Shown piece after piece: positions 1 to 13,089 of a stretch of 64,000 bases of DNA. Source of the DNA: Lingula anatina (taxonomy: Eukaryota; Animalia; Brachiopoda). The notes beneath the pieces were generated by a model. It was given only the letters and a program-made list of their open reading frames with translations, did no database searches and had not been told where the DNA came from. The stretch spans positions 32,178,001 to 32,242,000 of the forward strand of contig CM120642.1 of assembly GCA_051362555.1 (NCBI GenBank), given 5' to 3'. The first letter of the stretch is position 1; each line of letters opens with the position of its first letter. The translations under genes were made by a program, and so were the position numbers.

Positions 1-3000
1 CAAATGGAAAAAGTAAAATATCTACATTTACTTTGTTTTAATAAAAATATTGTGCAAAAGTGATTCCAGTTGGTACATGTTTATTTTTACAGTCTAGATG
101 AAATACTGTGGGAGCACCTGTCTCCACATGTATATAGTACAGTGCCTGTGATGTAATATAACAAATACATTGGGCAGAAAGCAGGAAATTCACCTATCCT
201 AGGCTGTGACTCATAATAACAAATAGAATCCAGAGTTAATGGGATTCAGAATTACACCAACATTTTCTAAAATTTAAAATTAACTAATTTTTAGAAATAA
301 TTCACCTTTCCTAAAAAAATGTTTTTGACAATATGTCACAATCTAGGAAGGAGATAGATCTGAGACAAAATAAGAACAATAAAATAAAATTGAAGTCTAC
401 AAACATGGTTCCAAAATAGCAAAACTAGAACAACATCAACCTGATATCAGACAAACCCCTCATTTATAATAAATATGTCCTCGTTGTTGCTAATCTTACT
501 AGACAACTGACAAAGTGATTGTCTGACACATGGAAATGGCTTCTAATGCTGGTTATTTAATGGAATAGATTTGCAAATCTGCACAATTTCTCTGAATAAA
601 TGTGAAAATCCTCTGGTGCATCTAAATACTCTGACATGGAAAACTAGTTTGTGGACAAGCACTCTAATCACTAAGATCTTCTCACCCTGAACAAACTGAA
701 GAACTTGTCCTTATCCATGTTACAGCTACAGTGAATGGAGAGGAGACAATGACAAAACTGACACCAGCTTCACTACCTGGGGCCAAGAAAAAAGTCCCCA
801 TTAATGCAGAGCTGCTCTGTGTTAATCTGGCATTAAATACCCAGTTCTGAGCCGCTATACTATATAACAGAACAACTTGATTTCAGTCAAGTTTTTAGTC
901 AGCATTGTGCTTGCTTATTTATGCCTAAATAATGCAGCCATGTTCAACTTTCTAGGGACAAGTAATGATTAGAATTGCATGAATAATATCACTCTTAACA
1001 TACTCTTGATGATATATTATATTTTTGGGTTAATATCTGTCCTCAAGGGAAAAAGGACCCATATCATTATAGCACATAATTCACCAGCAAACGCTAATTA
1101 CCAACTCCTTGTTGGTGTAACCCTGTTACAAATCTCTTGATACAGAGTCCATGCACAGTTGAGAGGACTGCTATCAAGACTGTTTAGTATGCCCTCACTA
1201 GCTTCTCTATCTTTATCAGGATCTGTAATTAATATCCCTTCTACCACAGTGAATGCTGGGAACAATAGGTCCAGAAATAGCTTCGCTTGCCTACTCTTCA
1301 CCACGCATGAATATATTAGATCATGAATCTAAGCATGGTGTAACTTTAAGTTTAGCTTTGCTCTCATATGTAAGTTACTTACATATTGCTGGCTTGAGGT
1401 GTATCTATTATATAAGTATATTACCAGGAATGACATCCAATATGGTGGTTTTGTGGACAAAATTAGATTTCCAAGGCCCATCATGACAAATAATTTGACA
1501 CATATTAAGATATAACAAAACAGCACCTCCCTTAGGATCAATTATTGTGATGCTAAATATTTTTTTACTTTTCTATGAGTAGAATATTAAAAGTGTCCTG
1601 TCGTGTACTGTCATTTCAAAGATACCTCAGCCTGCTTTCTATATACAAAATGTGAAGAGGGCGCGGATACTTTTAAGAAAAATCAGAAAACTGATCAGCT
1701 GAAATTTGTCACCAGAGTCCTGCTTGGTGTGTAAAGCTGATTTTTGTGAGGTCATTCCATTGCGTTAACTTACTGTGAAGTTTAGAGATATAATCAGGTG
1801 TTAACCAGAACAGGAGAGACCTGTCGTAGATCACAGGTAGCACTCATCAGGTGATTTGAGGTGACTCAAAGATGAATTTAAACAGGAAGTCTCTCTATCT
1901 TCAGACTCAATCTAAAACCGCTCAACTTACTGTATATTTTCATGCCTTTTGGCTCTCTCTTCCTCCCCCCCCCCCCATCTCCCCAGCTACTTTCTGTGTC
2001 CCTTATATTGCACTGTTTGTCAGGTCATAGAGTTCATCTCTCCTTGCCACAGACACAGAGTCATAATCACAGTGTCATAATCAAGCAATAAAACTATACT
2101 GTGTGCTAAACTGACGACCACTATAAAGGACAGTTTATAATAGTGTATCACCTATGTCGTCGTCCTATGCATGGGCACTACATCTATCTATCTTCTTTTC
2201 TTTCTCCAAAGTCCATTGAGACTGTCACACTGCCCGCTTCAGTGTGAGAAGATCACAAATGTTCTGAAGACGGATAACGTCATGTTCAACCTCCATGTAC
2301 GCAGCACGTCAGAAGGCTTCATTACCAGTCAACACACATAGAGTGAGGTAAAAATGACCCCTCATTCAAAACTAGTTTCCTTGGGTTTAGAACTTTCTTA
2401 GACAAGGAATGGAGAGCATCCAGAGAGTGCAAAGTTTCATTTTTTTTCTCATTTTACACAGGCTAATCTTGCAGTATCCAGAACTCTTTTGCATCAAATG
2501 AAGTTTCCATCAAACCATCTCCATGTGAGGGAACTTAAATAAGTCTCATTTATGACATTTTTTCTTTGATTCTTAGTTTTTTCTTTTTGTTTTACTCTCT
2601 GCTGTGATCCAGTGGAAGAGGTTCTCCTCTTTTGATCTTCACAAAGAACACCTACGGTTCTCCCCCGGTCTGTTCTCCAGCAACTTACAAATGCCTGGTC
2701 ATGAATACTAAACTACCCAGTCTTCAAACTCGCTCTGTTGGGTCGACCTTGGTGAAAACTTATTATGCCTTTTTGATTTAAATCTACTGAAGAATGACAT
2801 CACAACTTCAAAATGAGAAAATGAATGTATGATCATTTATGTTTTCTCTGCATTTAAAATTAACACAAAAATAAAAATTATTTTCATAAATAGAAATAAG
2901 CCTTTGCAGCGTAATGAGGAAACACCTTGTACAATTTTATAATTCTGAGTAGAAAATCGGGGAGGAGAGGGGGGTAAACATTTCTACACTTCATAAATTT

Positions 3001-5946
3001 TACAATTATTTTCCAAAAACCACAAAATCTACTAACGAAGCATTAACCAACAAGTTACCTGGTATATGGCCATTGGGGGTATAATATAATTCACTTCTAG
3101 TATGTTCCACTTTTGGGCAGTTAACTCCAGTAATCCTTTAAAGTTTTTTTTCTTTCTTTTTTGATGAAAAACCTTATTTATGCAGCAGAGGGATAGGGTT
3201 GCGGCTTTACCACCTGAACTGCTAGACAGATTAAAGTCATTAGCGCCTCTTGCTTTATTTTTACACTTTTTACCATGAAATGAAAGATATTTTCGGTGGG
3301 GGAGTAAATAAGGATTTTTTTTTTACAAATGATTTTTAACAAAACATGTCACATCAATCATGATGGATTACAACACTACTATAGATATGTGACTGATGAT
3401 TGCGGAAACTTAATATGTGTTTTTAACTCCACTTTTTTACGCCCACTTTATTGCCATTAATGGCGTGGGTTTTAGCACAAATTTGTTGTAGTATTGTGAC
3501 TGAATATTGCTGACAGATAATGCAACTACAGCAACAAACTATTTGAATGTTCATTTGTGCAAGCTGTCTAGGTTTACTGCTATACTTTACTAATATTTTG
3601 ATTGATATTTGTGTATTTGAAAATGAAATGCTCAGGTCATAAATACCACATAATGCGCCCCCACCCCCAAAAAATCCAAATTATTTTCCGGTAGAAACAA
3701 ATAATTAAACAAATATAAAAACATTCATAAAGGTGTAAATGAAATATATAACCTCTAGTTCACAGACCACTATGGTTCAATAACCCAATATCAATCGGAC
3801 GAGTGATTTTCTTTTCTTCCTGTGTTCAAAAACCATGCCCCATACAAAACAACTGGAGTGTGGGCCCACGTGATAACTGAAGAGACCCCAAATGAACTCC
3901 CCTATTCCCCAACCCTGACCCTGTGTTGTTGTCATTGGGCCCGGTCACACCCCCACCCTGATCACACAAAGACCCCCGTTACACGGCACAAGACCTCTCA
4001 CTGCCAAAACTAACACTCAGTTCATAGCAAAATGTCAAGAAAATAAACCTTTTCTCAATGAGACTGTTGTTGTGAAGGAGGCACAGTATACCAGTATTCA
4101 TATGGGCTACACTGGCCCTTCTGATAATTCTCTGCAATGTTTTGGGAGTCCCAGGCTGACGGAGTTGTGCATGCAGAAATTAATAAACTAGGAGCTAGAT
4201 CAATAGTCCCGAGGAACAGAAGGGATAAGAGGTTTGACGCCTAAAACCCCAGTCCCACCTCGCGCCCAATGTTCCTGGGTGGTCAGTGAAAAGTACACCA
4301 CCGTCTACGCTGCATGTCTGTTCTTTTAAACTGCGAAACGTAACCCTTCTATTTGACCAGCTGAAAGCCCCACATCAAGGCGGCTGATTTCCTCTTTTCT
4401 TTTCGCACTCTATATTCAAACAAAACCAACAAAACCTGCACAGCCAAATTACATATTGACAACGCTCCTGTCTAAGAAAAAAAGAAGACTAGTGAGTTTA
4501 CATTGGGTTTATTACCACAATGCACTATTTGTTGCACAAAAGGGCCTATGATTGGACGCGTGGATCAAATTCGGGCTATTTAAGTATGATTGCGACTAGT
4601 TCAACATGAAAACTGTGTTGTGACACAATGACCCTCCAGTCCAACTGTATGCTTGACACTGCACTTAGAGTGAATTCACAATGAAAATATCATACTGGGT
4701 AAATCGATCTAACCCCGCAGAAACTTGCTCAATGCAATCACATGTACCCACTTCGTCTTGTTTACAACGTACTTATATAATCACCAGCTTTTCAACAAGT
4801 TTTACTCATCAAAGTCAGTGCGAGTCCCCATGGACTTAGTACGCACTAGCTTGTACAGTAGATCCATTGTGAATGCACCCTCACCCTGCCATTAGCCTCT
4901 CTCCCCTCACTGGTTACAAGATCACAACTGTTTGACCACTACCTCCAAGACTTAAACGGAACAAAACCGATACTTTCAACCACCCCCTGGCAGACAAAAG
5001 GTCAAGTGCAAACCACTGGTGCCCAGAACCAAGTTTAAGTCCACACAAACTGACTTCAAGAAGGTGTGCTGAACTGTGGTTTAAGAGCAGGATTTTGTCA
5101 CCCCTAGCTGCCTTATAATGGCTTGAAGTAACTCGAGATAGACAACAGTGTTAGCTCCTCTCTCTGTCAATATTCACTCTTCCTTAAGTCAATCACTTCA
5201 GCATGAACTCCGTGAAAAAAAGTTCACACTTCAGTCTGTTTTGGGATTAAATGGTCACAGAGTGCTTGCTGATGAGGAATATATGGAAATACAGTAGAAC
5301 ATTAACAGAGGTGGGGCGCAGTCATGATATTTCTGACATGAAAATATGACATCAAGACAAATATTCCATAAAACTGATGTTGAATACAGACCATTTTTTC
5401 GTGTTAGATCTTAACATTCTGCAAAATATATAAATGAAATGGGGGAATAAAAATATAACTGGCTGTGACAAAACATAATAAACAATTACATCCCTAAAAA
5501 TTTCACCTTTGGAGTTATCAATATCACGCTCACTTTGTTAAAATTGAAAAACACTATTGATTAAAACAGGACAAGAAAACAGCTGAAATATACAAAACAT
5601 GCGAATATGTTTGGTATTCACGTGAGCATGTCGTTATCCAGACAAGAAAAAGTGAACTGGACTTGACACCACCCAGACAGTGTCACAGCTCTACCACAGA
5701 TTTTGTTTACTGCATTTGTTGGTCAAGTCTCCAGATTGAAAGGCTCTTGTTCTCACTGGTGTCCAAGCCATTAGGACCACTGAGACCCTCTCAACTGACC
5801 ACAGCAGGGGACAGCTATCCACAATGGTCAGTCACTGTCCATCTCAGGGCAATCCATTTCAACCGGATGACCTCTTACTGTCACAGACAATGGGCCAGTG
5901 GTCTGTAATAACCCCAATAATGGATATGGAGGAGCAGAATGAGTTA

Positions 5947-6203
5947 GGCTTCATTCACATGCAATGTCTATTTTCTAAATTCTATTTTCTATTCGCGCTA
6001 TCTTATGATCACGGTCTGTGCCCTGAATATCCCGCGGCGTAATTACTGGCAGCGCGAGCCAGTTACTTATAGTAACTTATAGTAACTGGCTCGCGCTGCC
6101 AGTAATTACGCCGCGGGATATTCAGGGCACAGACCCTGATCACAACACATGCCGCGAATAGAAAATAGAATTTAGAAAATAGACATTGCATGTGAACGAA
6201 GCC
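5947..6203. mobile_element. PIF/Harbinger (Tourist-like) MITE, an almost fully palindromic 257-bp element
   Basis: Termini are GGCTTCATTCACATGCAATGTCTATTTTCTAAATTC... and ...GAATTTAGAAAATAGACATTGCATGTGAACGAAGCC. The arms pair nearly to the centre. TTA lies on both sides (5944-5946, 6204-6206), the 3-bp TSD typical of Harbinger. Confidence 0.85.
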
Positions 6204-9200
6204 TTAGTCATACTGCTGGTGTGCAATGACCAAAGGGCCCATTCCCAATGCAACTATTGTTCTACGTCGATTGATCGACCAAATTCAACAGGTACATGAA
6301 CAACGAAGCAAGCTTATGTTTGCAGTTATCTGGATATTCTTTTTTTTTTAATGACAAAGAGATAATAGTAGTACAAATCATGGCTTTTTCACACATCCTA
6401 TAAATATTATATGACATTATGGGTAGCTAGGCTACCAAACAATTGCCACCTCTGTCTCTCTGTGTTTAACTGTACAGGTGCTATATATAACCACAGCAGG
6501 TAGACACCAAACTACTGAATAATGCCCAGGTAATATGTACGTGTTTATAATTTACTTTTACAGCAATACAGTGGAAACAAATGGAAACAAAAAACCCTGG
6601 TGAGCAACGTTTTTATCTAGAAATACCTCATCAAAAAAATAACTCGAAAAAAAAAAAAGACAAAGCCAAGGACATAGGGCCACAAAGGGATAAGATTTAT
6701 AAAGATGTGCCAGAGTGCCCCATCTGTTGTTTTATCCTCTTCTCCACACCAATGATAATGCTCAAACACCACTTATAGTTCTCAGAAAAGAACTGTGGAA
6801 CCAAGATTAGAGGTGCCTGATTTCAAAGAGGGTTGGGGTAGAAAAGGGTTCTAAATAGCGGACTGCCAGACAGTCTAACACCAGAATACCCCTAAATAAA
6901 GTGAAATAATCAGCAAACTAGATAGTACCTGTCCCCTCACAAAGACCACTGACATAATGACCAAGACTACATACAGTATATGTGCCAGCCACTGGTGATA
7001 ACGTCCCACTTAATTCAAGCAAAACTACTGCCCTGACTAAATGATGGCGATTTGCCTCGTTTGTGATAAACATCAGTCATAGCTATCAAAACTACATCAG
7101 TCAACCTTTTGTGAAGGTATTGTCCGTAATTCTAATGCCTATCTTCTTATCTCAAGGTCGACCTCAAAGTCATCTTTGAAGTCCCCCCCCCCCCCCCCCG
7201 CAACCTCCCCAAAAAATGACCAACTTGAAAAGTAACTCTACAAAGAAAAAAATTCCTAAGCTTTTTAGCAACAAGTAAAAATCTTCACAGACACATCACC
7301 AAACCAGCCTTAAGTTTATACCTTATGTACACACCTTGCCTTTTATCTGACAAACCAGTTTTTAATGACAATTAATAATGTTTGGATCCTGGATAAATAA
7401 GACTGACATCTCCACCAATACTCACTCTAGTCTGGTCACAAGATATTCTTTCACGGGACATTTTTCTTCCTGTATTGAAATGATGCAGTAATCACATTTA
7501 CACCTTTCAAAAACCAAAAAAAGAGCCTCTTTTGAACTTCTCAAACAAATACCTGAATCATAAACCAAGTTTGATGATATTTTCTTCCTGTACCAGGCCT
7601 CAGCAAAAAGAACTGTTACTACTACCTAATGTCTCCCTCACTCTCTATTCCTGAACCAAAATCATTGTTTCATTTTACTTTTGTACTCTCACAATGTGCA
7701 GGAATTAATTTAAAATCAAATCCCCTTTAACATCTACAGAACCCCTGGCCTCAGATCCTGTGACACATTCAATGGAAACAATATGGCACAAAACATAACA
7801 CAAAACTGAACTCGACCTTAATAATGACAAATCAAAACACAAATCAATTTGGTTTGGGCTACAAAATGGAGACAAAGTGACTCTTGTCAAAATATTGCCC
7901 TAATCTAAGTCCACATTTAAAACTGGCAACAACAGTGTTGTTCCTGGCTTTCAATAACAATATGCACACAGTCATATTTGCGTCCACAAATAAAACTCTG
8001 TTTCCCCTTTGGATATATCACTCAAGTTATAACCTGAGTTCTAAATGCTTGATTAATTGTTACAATTTCACAGAAAAGATTAAGTTTTGCAAATTGCAGG
8101 GTTCTTGAAGATTTCGAAAAAGGAATTTATTCGTCCATAAATGTTTTGAACACAATATGGAGATTGGTTCACAGATTATGGTTAACCAGCCCAATAATAT
8201 ACTGACCAATCAAGCAGATCTTGTTTACATCAATTTTTGAAATCCAAAACCTCTTTTTTTTTGTTTGTTTGTTTGTCCAATATTGGCTGTAACTTCCTTA
8301 CATTCAGCTAAAAGGGGTATACTACTACTTGCAAAGTGATGTACAATGCTGTAATGGCTCTTCTTATAATGGAAGAGAATAAATCAACTCATTAACAGAC
8401 CTCAACATCCATAATGCCATCATCTTTGAGCAATAACAGAGGTCAACCAAGTATCACTTCATTTACAGCCACAATATCTCACGGACTGCATTATATTAAG
8501 AGCACCAGTGCTCCCTCAATACCACAACATTTCCTGGTTGCTGCGCTGTGAACTTTTGCCCACTTTATTCCAACAGTGACAGCTGTTTGGATTAGGGATA
8601 GTGTATTATTTTCTTTCACCTGCAGAGACAGGCCATACTCCATTAGAAAGTCAAGAAATTAATACTAGTCCAGCACGTAGCTCTGTGTTCTAAAGTCACG
8701 GCTTCACCTTGTAAAACTGGGGTCAGCTTTTCTTTGGAGAAGATTGTATCTTGTAAAGCTGGGGGCTCTCCGTGCTTATGGCAAAGGCAGGCTTCACCCA
8801 AACCTTTCAAGGTGCACAAAGCTTGAAAACACCATTCTTTTTCCAAACTTGAAGCCTCCCATATTGCTTAACCTTGAAAGTTCGTGTTTGGACCTGATGG
8901 ACTACGGACAGAGAGACACATTTATAAGAGATCCTCCCTCACCCCTTGCCCTTCTAAAACTACAACTGGTTTAACATTATCCTTAATGTCTTCACATCAA
9001 CAGTCAGATCAGTCAAAACCAGTTCTTGGTCAGATCTTGCTTATTTCCTTATCTCTACATAAAATTTACTACCTCTGCCAAGCAGGTTATGTCTTTATAT
9101 GGTTTTCTTGATATGACGGTTAAAAGCAGAAACTCAAAAAGTTATAGACAGATTTCAGAAATGGGTTAAAACTCGGAATCAATGTATTAGATTTTGCTGG

Positions 9201-12200
9201 TGATCCATTAATCAACAAATTTATAACAACCATAACTGAGCTGCTTTGGTAGAGGTCTGCACTCACTGTGTGCCTTTTTAGTTCAAGATTTGAATGTCTG
9301 CAGACGCACTTAAAGATAATCTCAGTCTTGTCAGGTAAAAGCAGGTAAGTCTTTAGAACACCTGTCCACCAAAGCCACGCAGAGGAAGCAAAAAAGTTCA
9401 GAGACATTCAGACTATATGCACTTCATTTCTGAAAGATTATAGCATTAATAAAGCAAACTGTTATACATTTACATCAACATGAACAAATGTACCCTTTAG
9501 CACAATGTTATTTATCTAGTATCTTATCAATAAACTACCACTGAAGGCAATGTTAAATTAAAAGAAATGTGAAAAAAAAAGTTTAGTGTACACAAAAATC
9601 ATAAGCAGTCACGTGGCAGATGCCAGTAGGTAAAAGTTGGAATTTTACACAGGACTTAGCTCAGTAAAAACTGATGATAATCAAGACCAGTCTGGTTCCA
9701 CATGCCTCCATTTATATCTTTGTTTTCTTATGTGGTGAAAGGTTATTCATGTCTGAGCTATATGGCAAACCTGTACAGTGCATCTTAATTCAACCAGTAA
9801 TTATTCCTTTCATTTGTGCCTTCAACCTGGTCCTGCAAGGTGCTACCTTAAAAATCACATCCACTCTTTATCTTAGAACTAAATTAGTCAGCAAATTTAA
9901 TACCTGGTTTCAACCAGTGATATAACACGACCCTGTGGAAAAACAAGGAGCTGCACCACTACCTGACTGCAAACTCTTTCTTCCCATACTATATAGTGGA
10001 AAAACTATAAGACCCAACCCCTGTTAAATATTGCTCTGATAACTATCTGTATTCAAGCAGAACTGGACCAAAGCCCGATGTATGCAAATGTTTCCTCACA
10101 TACAAAACATTCATTAGATTCAGCATTAATTACAAGTCAAGTGATATCTCCAGAACCATTTCAGGACAGTTAACACCAGATAGCTATCACACTACCTTTG
10201 ACCACCACAATAAAAAGATGGTCAGTGCAAGATAAGTTATCTAGTCAGCGCAATCTTTTACATGCTTTGTTTGCTAACTGTCGTCTTTAGTTTCCCATAA
10301 GTTCAGCTCAAAGATCAGGAACAGTGATGAGACCCTTATTTCACTTTTAAAATTGAGGTAATGAGCCCATTAAGAAATCAATTAACATGAAAACAAATGT
10401 TCAACAAGCTGTAATGTGTAGTTCTCTTGGCTACTAAACATTTTCTAGCCAGATTAAAAGACTAAAAAACTATTAATTGCCCATTAAAAGTAAAACAATG
10501 TCTGTAATTGATTGTAACAACCATTGATGACCATTGATATAGGTGATGACACTATCTATGTTTATCCATTGAACCCACCTGTGCCAGCATTAGACTTTTT
10601 TTTCGCAGAGGCTTAAGATAAAGAACATCCATTAAAGAATATAAAATGTGTGCAAAGAAATTGCAAATTGTCCATTTTATCCTACAATAATGCTCTTGTA
10701 ATATACAATTTTTGCTCCAGTGAGCCTAGAATCATCAAAAAGTCATATTTCCCATAATTTATGATTATTACACATTCAGGGATCAAAGAAAATGCTCTTG
10801 CTTGATCTCTTTCATCCAGGGCACTGGTCAGTAATAAATGACCAGGTAAAAAGTTACGCAATACAGGTTCCAAGTCAGGTAACAATGTGTAGGAAGAACG
10901 AGAAGAGACACGTAGGTGACTTCACTTTGACCTTTACCGTCTGACCCTGGGGTTATATCCCTGGGGTGGCACTGAAACAAGGTCCAAACACTTTGATGTA
11001 GAAAACTACCTACGATGTCCATCTTGGTAACAGGTAGGAGAATGAATAGAAGGAACTGACCTGTTCCTTACTTCAAAGACATCTCCTTTCAACGGTATGC
11101 TTGCTTCAGGGTAAATTTTAAGTGTGGCTGATCCCTTTATATGGTCACGCTTCCATTTCAACGACTGCGACTGGTATCAAGATGAACATTATATCATCTG
11201 TAAATTGTTATTCACTCACTAAGAACGAGAGAGTGCAAAACATGCGCTGCCTGATTTTCTTGACTTGTTGCCGCCACCCTGTCAGCAAAGGTGCACATTG
11301 CAAATTGGTGCAGACTGACAAACTACCTTTCTCAAACAGACAGGGGTTTCATAGGTCAACTGACAAAAATTAACCAGCCAAATCTTCAACTAAAAAATTT
11401 CTATGAAGATAAAAAACCTTTCAGATTTGATGCTACTACATCATCAGAAATGTGAGTTTTAACATGCACTTTCTAATGCAGAAATTTTTATTAAATTAAA
11501 GCTACATTAAAGGGGTTTTCCAAGCCAGTCCCATGTCCACTGGTCAGCAGACCATAATGTCCACTCACACCTGATGCAGGTAAATATCATACCTACTGAA
11601 GCATCAGATATCACACAGGCTGATAGAAACCATGGATTATATCAAAGCCCTTTCTTCTCAAAGTAAAATCAGGAAATGAAGGGAATAAATTTACATGTGT
11701 CAATTAACAAGGTTTTACAAACAAGATCTCATGTAGAAGTATACATAATTCCTTTCAACTTACTCAATGATGGATGGCATATCTAACATTGGTATTGATT
11801 AACACTTAAGTTTCATATGTAACCGCCAAGGGTTCAAACACAGATATTGTGTAATATTCAACAACAGCCAGGTAATCACATTTCAAACACTTAAAAACCC
11901 ATAAAACTGCTTGTGTCTGGGGTAGGTTTCAGATATTAATTGCCTCTAAGATTACATACTATAATTTACAACCTTTTCACCTGTAATAAAAACAGAAAAA
12001 AAAGAACCGTTCTTAAGCAATTAAGTTAAAATTCCCCATGGGTCTTTTTTGTCCTTATTTCAATGTGTCCTCAATTTCCCTCTTGCATGTTAAATAGTAG
12101 GCTTAAGTGGCTGCGGCGCATGTTGAAAGACCTCTCTGAGGGTGTTATTAATGTCAACAAATGGATCAAAGTAAACTCGCACACACAGGAATCTCAATGG

Positions 12201-12907
12201 CAAACTATGCTTATTTTCCTTCATTTAAAAAGCCAATGACCCAGTATTATGAACATTGATTTACTCCAAACACATGTCGTAGCAATACGCCTCACGCACC
12301 ACGCACTTCCTACGACCAAATGGCCCCGTCTCATTAATAGGACACATTCTGTGTGTGAGGGTCTATAATAAAGGCCTGATTGCCCGCCCTTACGCTTCAC
12401 CGGGTAATCAACACCAGATTTGGTGCCCAAATTTATGGGGTGATTCTTACCTTGGGTGCATGCACTCGGGTGAATACACATACTAGGATAAAACTATTAA
12501 AACAACTTTGAAATACAGTCTCAACCACGTGAAGAAAAAAGATCTTTTTTTTTATTTTCATTTTGTGCAACCACTCCCGTTATTACTTTAATGGATTAAT
12601 ACCAATTTGGTTTCCCCTAAGATCAACAAAACTGAACCGAAAGAAAAGTTTCTAATAGGAAAACTAATCATGTTTGTCATAGTTGCAAAAAAACAGGTTG
12701 CTCTTTCGAGTGAAAGGTGAAAGGAGAACTTCATTTCACAACAAGAAAGTTTTCTCTCCTTTTGAAACATCACTGCCATCAGTGGCACTTGCCGACTTTA
12801 ATATATTCAGTTCAGTAAGCCCTTAGTAAGGGTCACAATAATATATTCATGCCTAGACTAAATACTGACATGATGAATAAGGTAATGCAAACCTATTGCC
12901 ATAACAT

Positions 12908-13089
12908 CAGTCTGGGGTAGCGCTAACACTCGCCAATTTAGCCAAATGCTAAAACTGACTCAAATTGGCTAAAGAAAAAGGGCTTGATTTGACTTGTTTT
13001 AGACAAATTATAACCATTTGGATAAGAAATTGACAAAAAAAGTGGTGATTTGGCTAAGTGAAAGAAATTGCTATCGCTACCCCAGACTG
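12908..13089. mobile_element. Small non-autonomous TIR element (CAG-terminal, hAT-like ends)
   Basis: 15-bp perfect TIR CAGTCTGGGGTAGCG / CGCTACCCCAGACTG, plus internal inverted TTAGCCAAAT/ATTTGGCTAA. No clear 8-bp TSD, so the superfamily is uncertain. Confidence 0.65.
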
